NCBI GenBank assembly: GCA_965207455.1
Contig: CBDBMJ010000003.1
Coordinates: forward strand, 384,001 to 448,000
Source: Bdellovibrionota bacterium
Lineage (GTDB): Bacteria; Bdellovibrionota; UBA1018; CAIPTA01; JAALKR01
Length of the DNA stretch: 64,000 nt
Reading direction: 5' to 3'
Shown here: piece after piece, positions 50,710 through 61,021 of the stretch
Layout: each line of letters opens with the position of its first letter
How positions within the stretch are numbered: position 1 is the first letter of the stretch
The notes under the pieces: generated by a model
What the model saw: the letters and a program-made list of their open reading frames with translations, nothing else
What the model was told of the DNA's origin: nothing
The model's database searches: none
Program-made: the position numbers and the translations under genes

Positions 50710-51853
50710 AGTCCTCCTCGTGTACCACTCCACGGATCCATCCCCCACCGAGCACACGATCGCCGTTGTAAATAACAGCAGCTTGACCGGGAGTAATGGC
50801 TCTTTGTGGTTCTTGAAACTCAATGCATACTTGGTTGCCAGCATAGTTTTGCACCCGAGCTTGCGTGGGCTTCTGTTGGGACCGCACCCGTACCAGCACG
50901 TCCTTGCCTAAAAAACAATCGTCTGCGACCATCCAATTGAACTTGTCCACAATAAATTTTGTGTGTAAAAGTGCCTTCTCGTATCCTAGGGAAACGGTAT
51001 TTTTGTCCGAATCAATTTTACTCACATAGAGATCGCTGGGGTCTAAATTTATTTTCGTTGCCATTCGGTATACAGAATTGGGAATTCCTTTTCTCTGCCC
51101 TATGGTGAAGCGATGTACTCCTCCAGGAGCGTTTAGCACAGAACCGTCGGGTAAAATAAAATCCACATTTTTCTTGATCAGATCGGGTGCCACCCTTTGC
51201 TCTATAAATTTTGCGTAACCAGCACTACCCACAAAGCAAATTTCCTGACTGTCGGGTTTTTTAGAAACACGGAGTAGACCAAACTCTTCTGCCATTTTTC
51301 GAACCTGTATTTTTCGCAAATCCCCTAGGGGCATAATTGTGTGGGATAGTTGTTCTTGGGTAAGCCCAAATAAATAATAACTTTGGTCTTTATGCTCGTC
51401 TGCGGCCTGTAAAATTCCAAAACGGTTTTCTTCTTTATCGTGGTAGATTTTAGCGTAGTGGCCAGTGGCTACATAGTTTGCACCCAGTTCCTTTGCTTTT
51501 TTTAAGAGGAAGTCGAACTTTATATAGTTATTGCACAGTACGCATGGATTGGGCGTTCGACCATTGAGGTACTCACTGACAAAATTATCAATAACAAAAG
51601 CATCAAACTCATCCACCGCATTGACAACAAAATGGGGAACATCTAAGGATGCACAAACCCGGCGTGCGTCGTCCATATCGGAGATGGAACAGCAACTGTC
51701 AAAGCGTTCCTTTTCATCCTTGCTTGCATCAAACGTTTGTACGGACATTCCAATAATATCATATCCCTGGAGCTGTAAAATAGCGGCAGCAACGGAACTG
51801 TCCACGCCACCGCTCATGGCAACCACCACTTTTTTTCCTTCCCCGATTTTCAT
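50696..51853 (-). CDS. mnmA: tRNA-specific 2-thiouridylase MnmA
   Basis: AMSGGVDSS, TPNPCVLCN, ATGHYA, KDQSYYL, DSQEICF, TIGQRKG and TPGQAAV. Confidence 0.98.
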   Translation of the reverse strand: MKIGEGKKVVVAMSGGVDSSVAAAILQLQGYDIIGMSVQTFDASKDEKERFDSCCSISDMDDARRVCASLDVPHFVVNAVDEFDAFVIDNFVSEYLNGRTPNPCVLCNNYIKFDFLLKKAKELGANYVATGHYAKIYHDKEENRFGILQAADEHKDQSYYLFGLTQEQLSHTIMPLGDLRKIQVRKMAEEFGLLRVSKKPDSQEICFVGSAGYAKFIEQRVAPDLIKKNVDFILPDGSVLNAPGGVHRFTIGQRKGIPNSVYRMATKINLDPSDLYVSKIDSDKNTVSLGYEKALLHTKFIVDKFNWMVADDCFLGKDVLVRVRSQQKPTQARVQNYAGNQVCIEFQEPQRAITPGQAAVIYNGDRVLGGGWIRGVVHEEDYANP

Positions 51854-51857
51854 AAAT

Positions 51858-52241
51858 TTATTCCTCGTTGTCGTCCGATTCAATATCTAACTTTTCTTCG
51901 AGACGCTCAATGCGCGCTTCTAAATTCTTCACCCGTACGGAAACCCATTGCTTCTCTTCCGAAGACACCAGCCCCACAACTTCACTAAATTCCCGAATCT
52001 GGGATTTAATGTTTTTCTTGGCAGTCATGCGCGCCAGCGTGGTGCCCACATCGATAATGTACGCTAAACGAGCCACGCCCTCCTTTTTTAGTACGTCTAT
52101 TAGGGATAGGGGTTCCCGGGCCTGACTTAAAAGCTTCGCAATTTTCTCCACCCCGTTGTTGTGCTTGTTGGAGTGTTTTGCGGCTTTCTTTCGCGCTTTC
52201 TTCTTTGGCGCTTTTTTTCTTTTTATTGTCTTTTTGTCCAT
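51858..52241 (-). CDS. Hypothetical protein with Lys-rich N-terminus and C-terminal coiled coil
   Basis: MDKKTIKRKKAPKKKARKKAAK...VKNLEARIERLEEKL; GAGGAG RBS. Confidence 0.7.
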   Translation of the reverse strand: MDKKTIKRKKAPKKKARKKAAKHSNKHNNGVEKIAKLLSQAREPLSLIDVLKKEGVARLAYIIDVGTTLARMTAKKNIKSQIREFSEVVGLVSSEEKQWVSVRVKNLEARIERLEEKLDIESDDNEE

Positions 52242-52252
52242 AGGTTCTCCTC

Positions 52253-53368
52253 TTATAACACACGTTTCTGGCAATGTTGCGCATACTTTCCTACACCCTT
52301 GGCCAGTGCTTTGGCTAGTGTTTGTTGAAATTTCTTGTTTTTGAGCAAGCGCCTATCCGCATTGTTGGATAAATAGGCCAATTCCACCAGCACCGCAGGC
52401 ATAGCAGCCCTTTTTAATACGGAAAAAGGAGCCTCCCGAACGCCCCGGTTCCCCTTCAGAGACCGTCCGCCTGCGTCGGAAATAAAACGCTCCCTAGCCT
52501 CCACCAAGGATTTCTGAATATTTGCAGCTAGATAGGCGCTATCTTGAAGATAGGCGGTTTGCCACACATCACGCAGTATATTTTTTATGGTTTGAGCCTG
52601 CTTGGGTTCCTCCTGTCCATTTTTCATGTTCTCAGAGATGGCCAGTTTTCTAGCTGCCCCATCACTGGCTTTAGAACTTAGAATATAGGTCTCCGTACCC
52701 CGTACCGCTTTTAAAGGGGAGGCATTGGCATGAATGCTAATAAAAACATCAGCTTTCCAGCTTTTTGCCAACTGTGTTCTAGCCCCTAGGGATAGCTGGC
52801 TGTCTTTTTGCCTCGATAGGAGCACAGAAAAGCCTAGTTTTTCCAGCTCTTTTACGGCCAAAAGGGCAAAATCTAGGACAATATTTTTTTCCTTGGTCTG
52901 CTTAGCAGTGGCTCCATATTCTCGCCCACCATGACCCGGGTCCAAGAGTACGCGAAACACAGGGCGCTCTAGGGCGCAAACGGGGTGGCGTGCCTTGGAG
53001 AAAATTGTAGAAATTTCCCTATTCGCCCACTGCTGTTTTTTTTCTTCTATCAGGGGTATCAGATAAGCCTTAATTAAAGCAGCGTCTATATAAATCTTCC
53101 CATTTTTTTGTTGGGGAGGAGTCCTAAGCTGCTGGAATTGTCCGTCGATAACGGCATAATTTTCCCAGGGTAGAAAAAAGGCTTGCTTCTTGTTAGCACC
53201 CTCTAGGAGTAGGCGATTGTTATCGTAATAAGTGCGTATGGAGAAAACTCGCTGTAGCTCCGAGATCTCTATGAGCGGACGGGATTGCACAAAAACCCAC
53301 TTAATTGTGGGGTGGGCATGGGCCTCAAAAGGAGCAAAGAAAAGAACGGCAGAAAAAAGCCACATCAT
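52253..53368 (-). CDS. N-acetylmuramoyl-L-alanine amidase (Amidase_3)
   Basis: LDPGHGG, EKNIVL, FISIHAN and PAVLVELAYLSN; signal peptide; start uncertain. Confidence 0.93.
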   Translation of the reverse strand: MMWLFSAVLFFAPFEAHAHPTIKWVFVQSRPLIEISELQRVFSIRTYYDNNRLLLEGANKKQAFFLPWENYAVIDGQFQQLRTPPQQKNGKIYIDAALIKAYLIPLIEEKKQQWANREISTIFSKARHPVCALERPVFRVLLDPGHGGREYGATAKQTKEKNIVLDFALLAVKELEKLGFSVLLSRQKDSQLSLGARTQLAKSWKADVFISIHANASPLKAVRGTETYILSSKASDGAARKLAISENMKNGQEEPKQAQTIKNILRDVWQTAYLQDSAYLAANIQKSLVEARERFISDAGGRSLKGNRGVREAPFSVLKRAAMPAVLVELAYLSNNADRRLLKNKKFQQTLAKALAKGVGKYAQHCQKRVL

Positions 53369-53499
53369 AAAAGAATTATACAAGTGACTAGAAACTAGAC
53401 AAGAATTAAGTGTCCATGGCATTGACTAAAAAATAGACGGTATCAAAAAAGACCAACAGTTTAAGGCATTTACGCCATTTTTACCTGTTTGCGGACTGT

Positions 53500-53515
53500 T
53501 GGCATCATTCTTGCT
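53500..53515 (+). promoter_or_regulatory. Putative sigma54 (-24/-12) promoter
   Basis: TGGCATCATTCTTGCT = GG-N10-GC, 50 nt upstream of the gene at 53566. Confidence 0.7.
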
Positions 53516-53565
53516 TTATAGAACTATGAAAGCAAAAGTTAATTATTAAAATAGAGGAGAACAAA

Positions 53566-54141
53566 ATGAAAAATATGAATTTACTAAGCCTACTGAGTGT
53601 TAGTTTGTTAGTACTTGGTTGTAACGGCATGTATGTATATGATGATGGAGCCAACGATGATGATGGACTCAACACAAATAACACCATCAATGATAACAAC
53701 ACAACAAACGCTAATGAACAATGGACTTGTACGCCACTGAACTACAAAGAAGGCTCTAAAGGACTGTCCAATAACAAGCTAAGAAATGTCACAGCTTGTA
53801 CTAGTAATCAGGACACTAGAAGAATTAAAGTAAAAGGTCTTGAGTATTCTGGTTATTCTTTGAATTTCTGTATTTTTGTTCTTAAAGTTACAGGACCAAG
53901 GCAAACAACAGTAGAGAAAGCAGATCAGAAGAGTTGTCAAAATATATCTTCTAGCAGTGGAGGTGAAGCTATTTTCATAGCCGATGCGTCCAGTGATTTT
54001 AATTTTAATTATGTTGTTGTGTTAAGTGCCAGCGATCGATACGCCTACATAGAGTTCAGAGCGAGCGGAAAGAGCTACTCGACCTATAGGAGCAACGACC
54101 ACCTTGAAGTTCCCCCAGGAGCAGAAGGAGACATTAGATAG
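53566..54141 (+). CDS. Hypothetical lipoprotein
   Basis: Lipobox VLGC, Asn/Asp-rich linker, GAGGAG RBS. Confidence 0.75.
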   Translation: MKNMNLLSLLSVSLLVLGCNGMYVYDDGANDDDGLNTNNTINDNNTTNANEQWTCTPLNYKEGSKGLSNNKLRNVTACTSNQDTRRIKVKGLEYSGYSLNFCIFVLKVTGPRQTTVEKADQKSCQNISSSSGGEAIFIADASSDFNFNYVVVLSASDRYAYIEFRASGKSYSTYRSNDHLEVPPGAEGDIR

Positions 54142-54189
54142 TTTTCCCCCCTAGCCTTTCACGCTCCTCTTGACCCTTTCCTTCCCCCA

Positions 54190-55074
54190 TTAGTGGACAA
54201 GTTGGAGCGTGCCCAGGCTTTCACAAACATTTCCCCGTCGGTATTTTTTCACTAGTTCCGCACTATTGGTGGGAAAGTGGTAGAGCACTCGCCAACCACT
54301 AACATTTTCTTTTTCATCATCCCCATCTTCGTCACTCTCTTCTGGAATACAAAGTACAATATAATGAAGTTTTTTCCCATGTTGAGAGATGAGTGTGAGC
54401 ATTTTATCTCCGTTTCCTTGCTCCAATTCCCAGGCCTCCTCTGGATTTTCCAATGTCTCACTCAACAAAGAGCTATGTTCCTCGAATTCCTTTAAAGGAA
54501 TGTCGCTACTCTTTCGGTAGGAAAGCATTTCTTCCTCCAACTCTTTTGTTCGTTCATCCACGGTGAGTGCCACATGAAAAGGAGTGTCACCTTCGCTGGG
54601 AGGCATACCTCTTTCCATGGGATCCACTTTTTCTCCTCGACGAAAAACGTCCACCAAATCCGGATCTCGGGTGGGAAAGGAAAGAAATATGTAAGTGGGC
54701 TCCCCCTCCATGCAGAAACACATGACTATATAGTGGAACGTTCCCGAGGTGTCCGAGAAGTTGCCAATAAAATAGAAATATTCCTCGCCATGTTCGCCTA
54801 AATCTCTCCATATCTCTTGAGGACTTCCGGTACAGGAGTCTGAATATTTTTCGTACTGAGGGAAGTCCTCTTCGGGAATATCATGGGCTTTTCGTAACTC
54901 CATTTGCTGTTGGTGGTAATAGTTAGATACGGGACCATAGTATTCCTGGATACAGGTTTTACTACAAAAATAGGCACCAGACTGCTCCTCTAAAAAGAAA
55001 ACCTTATCATTGAGTTCCACACTATTGCGGCAGGTATAACAAAAATGTCCATGTTGAATGGATTGGGGTTTCAT
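54190..55074 (-). CDS. Hypothetical protein: Cys4 metal-binding N-terminus plus two tandem homologous domains
   Basis: CYTC..FCSKTC. The pattern R...DIP...P.E.W...HYIV.C...FPT....LV...RRG occurs twice. Confidence 0.75.
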   Translation of the reverse strand: MKPQSIQHGHFCYTCRNSVELNDKVFFLEEQSGAYFCSKTCIQEYYGPVSNYYHQQQMELRKAHDIPEEDFPQYEKYSDSCTGSPQEIWRDLGEHGEEYFYFIGNFSDTSGTFHYIVMCFCMEGEPTYIFLSFPTRDPDLVDVFRRGEKVDPMERGMPPSEGDTPFHVALTVDERTKELEEEMLSYRKSSDIPLKEFEEHSSLLSETLENPEEAWELEQGNGDKMLTLISQHGKKLHYIVLCIPEESDEDGDDEKENVSGWRVLYHFPTNSAELVKKYRRGNVCESLGTLQLVH

Positions 55075-55101
55075 TTGTCCTCCTAAGAGGACTATAGCAC
55101 A

Positions 55102-55374
55102 CTAAGCCTTTTTCTTGACGGCCTGGCTAATTTCTTCCAGCAAAAACCGTAGTTTCTTTTGGGCTTGGGAAAGCTTTTTCATATTTTGCTTCAAACGAAG
55201 AAAGGGCTCTTGGGTGGTCCCATCTTGCTTGTTCTGATTTTCCTTTTGTGCGAGGGCTTCTTGTACTCCCATGGGTATGGGGAAGGGCTTCTCGCCGGTC
55301 TCTCTTTGTCGGAACAATTTGTCCACATTTTTGTAAACGAAAATTATTTTTTGTGATCTGTCTAACGTCGCCAT
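55102..55374 (-). CDS. Small hypothetical coiled-coil protein
   Basis: GAGGAG RBS; C-terminal LKQNMKKLSQAQKKLRFLLEEI. Confidence 0.7.
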   Translation of the reverse strand: MATLDRSQKIIFVYKNVDKLFRQRETGEKPFPIPMGVQEALAQKENQNKQDGTTQEPFLRLKQNMKKLSQAQKKLRFLLEEISQAVKKKA

Positions 55375-55424
55375 CTTGCTATCTCCTCAACTGTTTTACT
55401 GCTGTCTTCATCTATAATAAACAT

Positions 55425-55440
55425 TGCAAGGAAGATGCCA
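55425..55440 (-). promoter_or_regulatory. Putative sigma54 (-24/-12) promoter
   Basis: Minus strand TGGCATCTTCCTTGCA = GG-N10-GC, 50 nt upstream of the gene at 55374. IHF-like site at 55472-55484. Confidence 0.72.
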
Positions 55441-55627
55441 ACTTTCCAATTCCTGCTCCCAAGGCAGGAGGTTAGGTGTTGATTTTATTGAGGAAAAAAT
55501 GTTTTTTTGGAGAGTTTTTTCCATGTCGACACACTGTCCATTGTAGTTGTACAAAAAATTTTCTATTGTCTAAAAGTTACACAGTTTTTCTTTGCGCATA
55601 ACGGCTACATTTTGGGGAAATAAACGT

Positions 55628-57457
55628 ATGAATAGAAAATATTGTTTATGGATTTTTTTTCTTTTTACTCTTTCCGTGCCCACACTATGGGCTGCGGACA
55701 TTTCCTTGGAATATGAACCAAGCCCCATCCCTATAAAAGTAAGAGCAAACTCATGGGCACCAACGGGCGCCCCAAACTGGTTGGGTAGTGAAAAGTGCCA
55801 GGGCTATGAACTGGCCAATACAATTCAAGCATTGGGTGCAGATATCCATCGTCAAGGACAAGCAATAAAGAAATTATTTAGAGACTGTCGTGGTATACAC
55901 AGTAGTTATGGAAGTCATGGCATCTCTGACCTAACCATATTAGGACGTATCCGTTACGACTTTGTGAACCATCCTCTCATTCGTCCCGTAAAAATTACTA
56001 TTTCAGAAACATTCGAAAACAACAGAGAACACACAACAATTACTCGAGGACTACTCGCTCTGAAAAACGACGACAGGCCACGCCCAATGGTTGTGATAAA
56101 AACAGGGATTTTTTCCTCCACCTCGTCAGAAAAGGCTTTTTTACTTCCCATGTTTCTTATGCACCTCTTTGATGAAACTCCATTCAATGTGCTTTTACTC
56201 AACAGCGATACAGGAAATGAGTACCATATGGATAATAGGCGCCTGTCCATGGGAGGATTTAATGAGGGAAGACAAGTGGAGCAAGTGGCACGGTGGTTGC
56301 GAACCCCTCAATCAGGAGTAAGCGATCGTATTTCCAGTCTCCACTTAGTGGGGATGAGTAATGGAGGTCATGCTGTTTTGTACGCAGCTGCCTACAGCGA
56401 ACGGAAAGAGATGGGAGTGTTTGCAACAAACCCCATAGACAGTGTGATGGCCCTTTGTTCGGTCGTAAATCTCCAAAGATCCATGGAATATGCTTTGCAA
56501 CACTCCGGTTTTTTCATCTCCGGATATTTTCGCGCTCAAACAAAAAACTATTTGAGAAGAGCTGCCGGATATGTGCCGGGGCTTAGAGAGAGAATCGCGC
56601 GCAGTGGCGGTTTAGGTGGAGCTAGGAACCTCATCAATATTTCAATGGGACAGTTATTGAGCTACTACAAAACGCTTACTCCAGAATGGTACTTCTTCCC
56701 TTTTCAGAACGATCAAATTTCTCATACGAATAAGCTATGGAGTATAAACAATTTTATTGGAAAAAGCTCGCTAGTGAAAGTTCCCACCCTCGTGTGGAGT
56801 TCTCAAAACGACAAAATCATTGAATACTTTAGGAATGCTGGACAACTAAAAACAGAGAGCCAAGAGCAGGACTCCAACATAGCTGTATTGGGAACAAGAT
56901 ACGGAAACCACTGCATGCATTTACCCGCCTTTGGTTGGGGCCTGACTAGCAGAATACTTAAATCCTATATACTATCCCATAGCCCAGAGTTTTCCGTGGA
57001 AAAAAATACTATGCCCGTGAACTTCTCATCTTTGCCGTCATTAGTAGGAGGCGTAAAACATACTGTTCAGGAGTGGCGAGCTGCTAAAAACAGCTCGGGC
57101 CTAAAGCTAACTTTTTATACCACTAAGATGTCTGAATTCAGGGCTCTAGACGTAGAAGCACAAGCCAAGACCATAGTGAAGCACTTTGAGGAGGAATTAG
57201 AATCCAATGTAGCGGTCAATGTAATGGTGAGTATGGACTACTCCTTTATCCGCGACAATCTTTATAAACCATTGGCAACGATTGCTATTCCCTATACAAA
57301 ACTACTCCCTCTTAACATTACAGTTCCAACTTCAGATGCAGAAGCCGAGTCTCTTACTCGATGGCTCAATACAAACGTGGAACTCCTAACTTTGGATAAA
57401 TTCCGATTGCACGACTCTTCTGAAAAACCCATGTATATTCGTTGGCAGACCCGATAA
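55628..57457 (+). CDS. Secreted alpha/beta hydrolase, paralog 1
   Basis: Signal peptide, nucleophile elbow LVGMSNGGH, candidate Asp (SQNDKII) and His (GNHC). Confidence 0.8.
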   Translation: MNRKYCLWIFFLFTLSVPTLWAADISLEYEPSPIPIKVRANSWAPTGAPNWLGSEKCQGYELANTIQALGADIHRQGQAIKKLFRDCRGIHSSYGSHGISDLTILGRIRYDFVNHPLIRPVKITISETFENNREHTTITRGLLALKNDDRPRPMVVIKTGIFSSTSSEKAFLLPMFLMHLFDETPFNVLLLNSDTGNEYHMDNRRLSMGGFNEGRQVEQVARWLRTPQSGVSDRISSLHLVGMSNGGHAVLYAAAYSERKEMGVFATNPIDSVMALCSVVNLQRSMEYALQHSGFFISGYFRAQTKNYLRRAAGYVPGLRERIARSGGLGGARNLINISMGQLLSYYKTLTPEWYFFPFQNDQISHTNKLWSINNFIGKSSLVKVPTLVWSSQNDKIIEYFRNAGQLKTESQEQDSNIAVLGTRYGNHCMHLPAFGWGLTSRILKSYILSHSPEFSVEKNTMPVNFSSLPSLVGGVKHTVQEWRAAKNSSGLKLTFYTTKMSEFRALDVEAQAKTIVKHFEEELESNVAVNVMVSMDYSFIRDNLYKPLATIAIPYTKLLPLNITVPTSDAEAESLTRWLNTNVELLTLDKFRLHDSSEKPMYIRWQTR

Positions 57458-57474
57458 AACCTATCTCAGCCAGG

Positions 57475-59151
57475 CCCCTTAGAGCCAAAAGAATCGTGGG
57501 CGGGAGTTCTATACCGAACGAACAATGGAGAGTGCCACAGGGGCTATGATGCTAAAAAAATTCAAAGTCTGGGGGGCAAGCCCCATCGCCAGGTCCAAGA
57601 AATGGAGAAATTTTTTAAGCAATGTAGTGGTATACACAGTAAATCAATAGCACTGATTCCCTCGCTCCCTTGACAGAATACAGCATTTTTGCAGCTATGC
57701 GCTATAACTTCTTTAAAAATCCCCTCATTCGTCCCATAAAAATTACTATTTCGGAAACATTCAATAACAATGGAGGACACAAAGCGATTGTTCGCGGCCT
57801 ACTCGCCTTAAAAGATGACAACAGGTCACGCCCACTTGTTGGTTTCATCTGATCGGGCTGCCCTGCTTCCCATGTTTCTTATGCATTTTTTTGATGAAAC
57901 TCCCTTCAACGTGCTTTTACTAAACAGCAGCACAGCACCTGAGTACTTTATAGATAACAGGCGCCTGTCCATAGGAGGCTTTGAGGCGGGAAGGGAGTTA
58001 ATACAAATTGTAGAGTGGCTACGAACTGCTCAATCGGGACTAAGTGACCGTATTTCCAGCCTCCACGTGGTGGGGCTAAGCAATGGAGGGCATGCTGCTT
58101 TGTATGCGGCTGCCTACAATGGATATAGAGAGGTTGGATCGTCTGATAAAAACCCTTTGGACAGCGTAACCGCCCTTTGTCCTGTTGTAGATCTTCGGAT
58201 ATCCTTGAAAAATTCTTTACGAGGTGGCGAAGTACCGGATTATCCTGATTCTAAGCTCTTTAGTTTTCAACGTGCTGACGATCTTGAAATAAGTCATTGG
58301 ACCTCCATTTTTTTTCAGTTTGCAATACGCCAATATTTATATGGAGCCGCTAAATTTATACCAAACTTAGCGAAATCACTGAACGACTTTAACAAACTCC
58401 CTGAAAGAAAATATGTTGATGGGCTTTATATTAAACAGGCATTAAGTCAATATAAAAACCTGCCCACAGAGTGGTTCCTTTCCCCCCTTAAGAATGAAAA
58501 AATTTCCAATGTACGTGATCTATGGCGCGTGAATAATTTTGTTGGAAAAAGCTCGTCGGTAAAGGTGCCTACTTTAGTATGGGGTTCTCAAAACGACTTT
58601 ATTATTAAATACAGTAAAAATAGCGGAGCCTTGAAGGCGGAAAGCCAGAATTCCAACATCGCTGTATTGGGAACAAGATATGGAAAACACTGTATGTACT
58701 CCACCGTTTTTGGCTGGAGCCTCACCAGCAGAATACTCAGATCCTATATACTATCCAATAGCCCAGAGTTTTTAGTAGAAGAACGTACCATGCCCTTAGA
58801 TTTCTTGCCTATAGCGGATCTGAGAGAGGGCGAAAAATATTTTCTCAGAAGTGGCAAGCTAGTAAAGATGAGATAGAGCTAGAATTTTATACCGCTGGGA
58901 AAGATTATTTTTCCAGCGGCCGGTCTCCCCATATCTTTCCTCCACCACCAAAAAAGCCTATACATCAGGGTTTACAACGACTATTTCTTACAAGGAACTA
59001 TCACCGCTTGGAATTATACCCCCAACCCAGATGTGGAAGCACGGGCCCTCACTCGATGGCTCAAACAAATGTGGAGTTCCTAACCCAGGATAAACATCGA
59101 TTGCATAACTCTTCTGAAAACCCCATGTATATTCGTTGGCAGACCCGGTAA
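57475..59151 (+). pseudogene. Alpha/beta hydrolase paralog 2, degraded
   Basis: Homologous from GECHRGY to MYIRWQTR*. Lacks start and signal peptide, has a deletion near 57840 and several frameshifts. The central ORF 57815-58876 keeps GLSNGGH. Confidence 0.82.
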
Positions 59152-59225
59152 ATTATTTCCCTATTATTTGACAACGGCAGGAACTCAATGTATCGTGTCA
59201 AAAACTAAAGAAAGGGAACGTTTTT

Positions 59226-60934
59226 ATGATTATGGGTCGCTATATCTGGATTTTCTGCCTTCTGCTTCTTCCCACGAATACGCTACAAGCTGCAAGTATT
59301 TCCTTGGAATATACTCCCATCCCTACAGGGAAGAAAGAAAATCCATGGATCCCAACGGGTGCTTCCAGCAAAGTGGGAGAGTGCCACAGGGGCTATGCCC
59401 TTCCGAAAAAATTCAAGGTTTGGGGGGAGAGCCCCATCGCCAAGCCCAAGAAATGGAGAAATTTTTTGAGCAATGTAGTGAGATACACCATAAATCTAGA
59501 CACCATAGCCGCAGCCAGCAACATAATATCTATTATGGCCTCTTTGAAAATCCCCTCATTCGTTCCGTAAAAATTACTATTTCGGAAACGTTCAGCGATA
59601 ATAGTAAGCACAAAACAATTGTTCGCGGTCTACTTGCCTTGAAAGACGATAAAAAACCACGTCCACTTGTTATAATAAAAGTGGGACTTTTTTCTTCCCT
59701 TTCGTCAACCCCCCCTCCCATACTTTTTTTCATGCACCTCTTTGATGAAGCTCCATTCAATGTGCTGTTACTCAATAGCGACACAGGAGACGAGTACTAT
59801 ATCGATAATAAGCGCCTGTCTCTAGGAGGGCTTGGCGAGGGAAGGCAGTTAATACAAATTGCCCAGTGGTTACGGACTACCCAATCAGGATTAAGCAACC
59901 GTATTTCCAGTCTCCATATGCTGGGGATGAGTAATGGAGGGCACGCTGTCTTGTATGCGGCTGCCTACAATGGGCACAGCAAGGCTGGAGCATCGTCTAA
60001 TAAAGGCCCCTTAGATAGTGTAACTGCCCTTTGTCCTATGATAAATTTTCAACGATCCACAGAATATATTCTGCGAGATGCTAGCGTATTCCTTTCCGCC
60101 TATTTTCGTCGCACGATGAAAAAATATTTAAACCGAGCTGCTCAGTATGTGCCAAGTCTTGAGGAAAGAATCCGTCTTGCCGGACGCTTAGATAGAGCTA
60201 AGGATATCATTGGCGTTTATACTGGACAGTTATTAGGTGAGTACAAAGGATTTTCTCCAGAATGGTACCTCCCTCCCTTTAAAGACGGCCAAATCTCCAC
60301 AGCAAACCAACTATATAATGTAAATAATTTTATTGAAAAAAGCTCGTTAGTAAAGATCCCCACTCTAGTATGGAGCACTAAAAACGACTCTGTTATTGAG
60401 TATAGTAAAAATGCTGGACCCCTGAAAGCAAAAAACCAGAACTCCAAAGTTGCTGTACTAGGAACAAAATATGGAAACCACTGCGAGTATTCTGCCAGAT
60501 TTGGCTGGAGCCTCACCAGCAGAGTGCTCACATCCTATATACTATCCAATAGCCCGGAGTTTTCCGTAGAGAAAGGCCTTGCACCCATAGAACTAGATAC
60601 ACCAACTCTTCGAAAGGGCGAAAGGCACACCACTCAAGAGTGGTCCGCTAGTAAAAATTCTCCAGATCTACGGGTCACCTTTTATACCTACAGGAAGTTT
60701 AATTCTCCCTTTATTCCCTTTGGCAGTGGTGAAAAAGCCCATATATCACAATTCACTGTTACTGTTCCCTACACAAAGCTACTTCCCCTTGGTATTACAG
60801 TTCCAGCATCAGATGCGGAAGCGCAGTCTCTTACTCGATGGTTAAATATAAATGTGGAGCTACTAACCCAAGGTAAACTCCGGTTGCCTGGTTCTTCTGA
60901 AAGCCCCAAGTATATTCGTTGGCAGAGTCGATAA
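59226..60934 (+). pseudogene. Secreted alpha/beta hydrolase paralog 3, single frameshift in the A-run at 59406-59411
   Basis: The signal peptide MIMGRYIWIFCLLLLPTNTLQA is in one frame and the body (IQGLGG.., GMSNGGH, ..YIRWQSR) in another. One extra A restores colinearity with paralog 1. Confidence 0.8.
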
Positions 60935-60954
60935 AATCTATTCCTCCTCTGAGC

Positions 60955-60995
60955 AAAAAAAAATGCCGACTCGCTAGGGTTAGCAAATCGGCATT
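60955..60995 (-). terminator. Intrinsic terminator (probably for the minus-strand lipoprotein gene)
   Basis: AATGCCGA..GCTA-GGGT-TAGC..TCGGCATT hairpin next to an A9 tract. Confidence 0.65.
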
Positions 60996-61021
60996 GATTG
61001 TTTTTATATTATATCGAGATA

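Noticed and set aside
59168..59405. N-terminus of the 588-aa ORF as given in the track
   Set aside because: The true N-terminus (signal peptide homologous to paralog 1) is in the 59226 frame.
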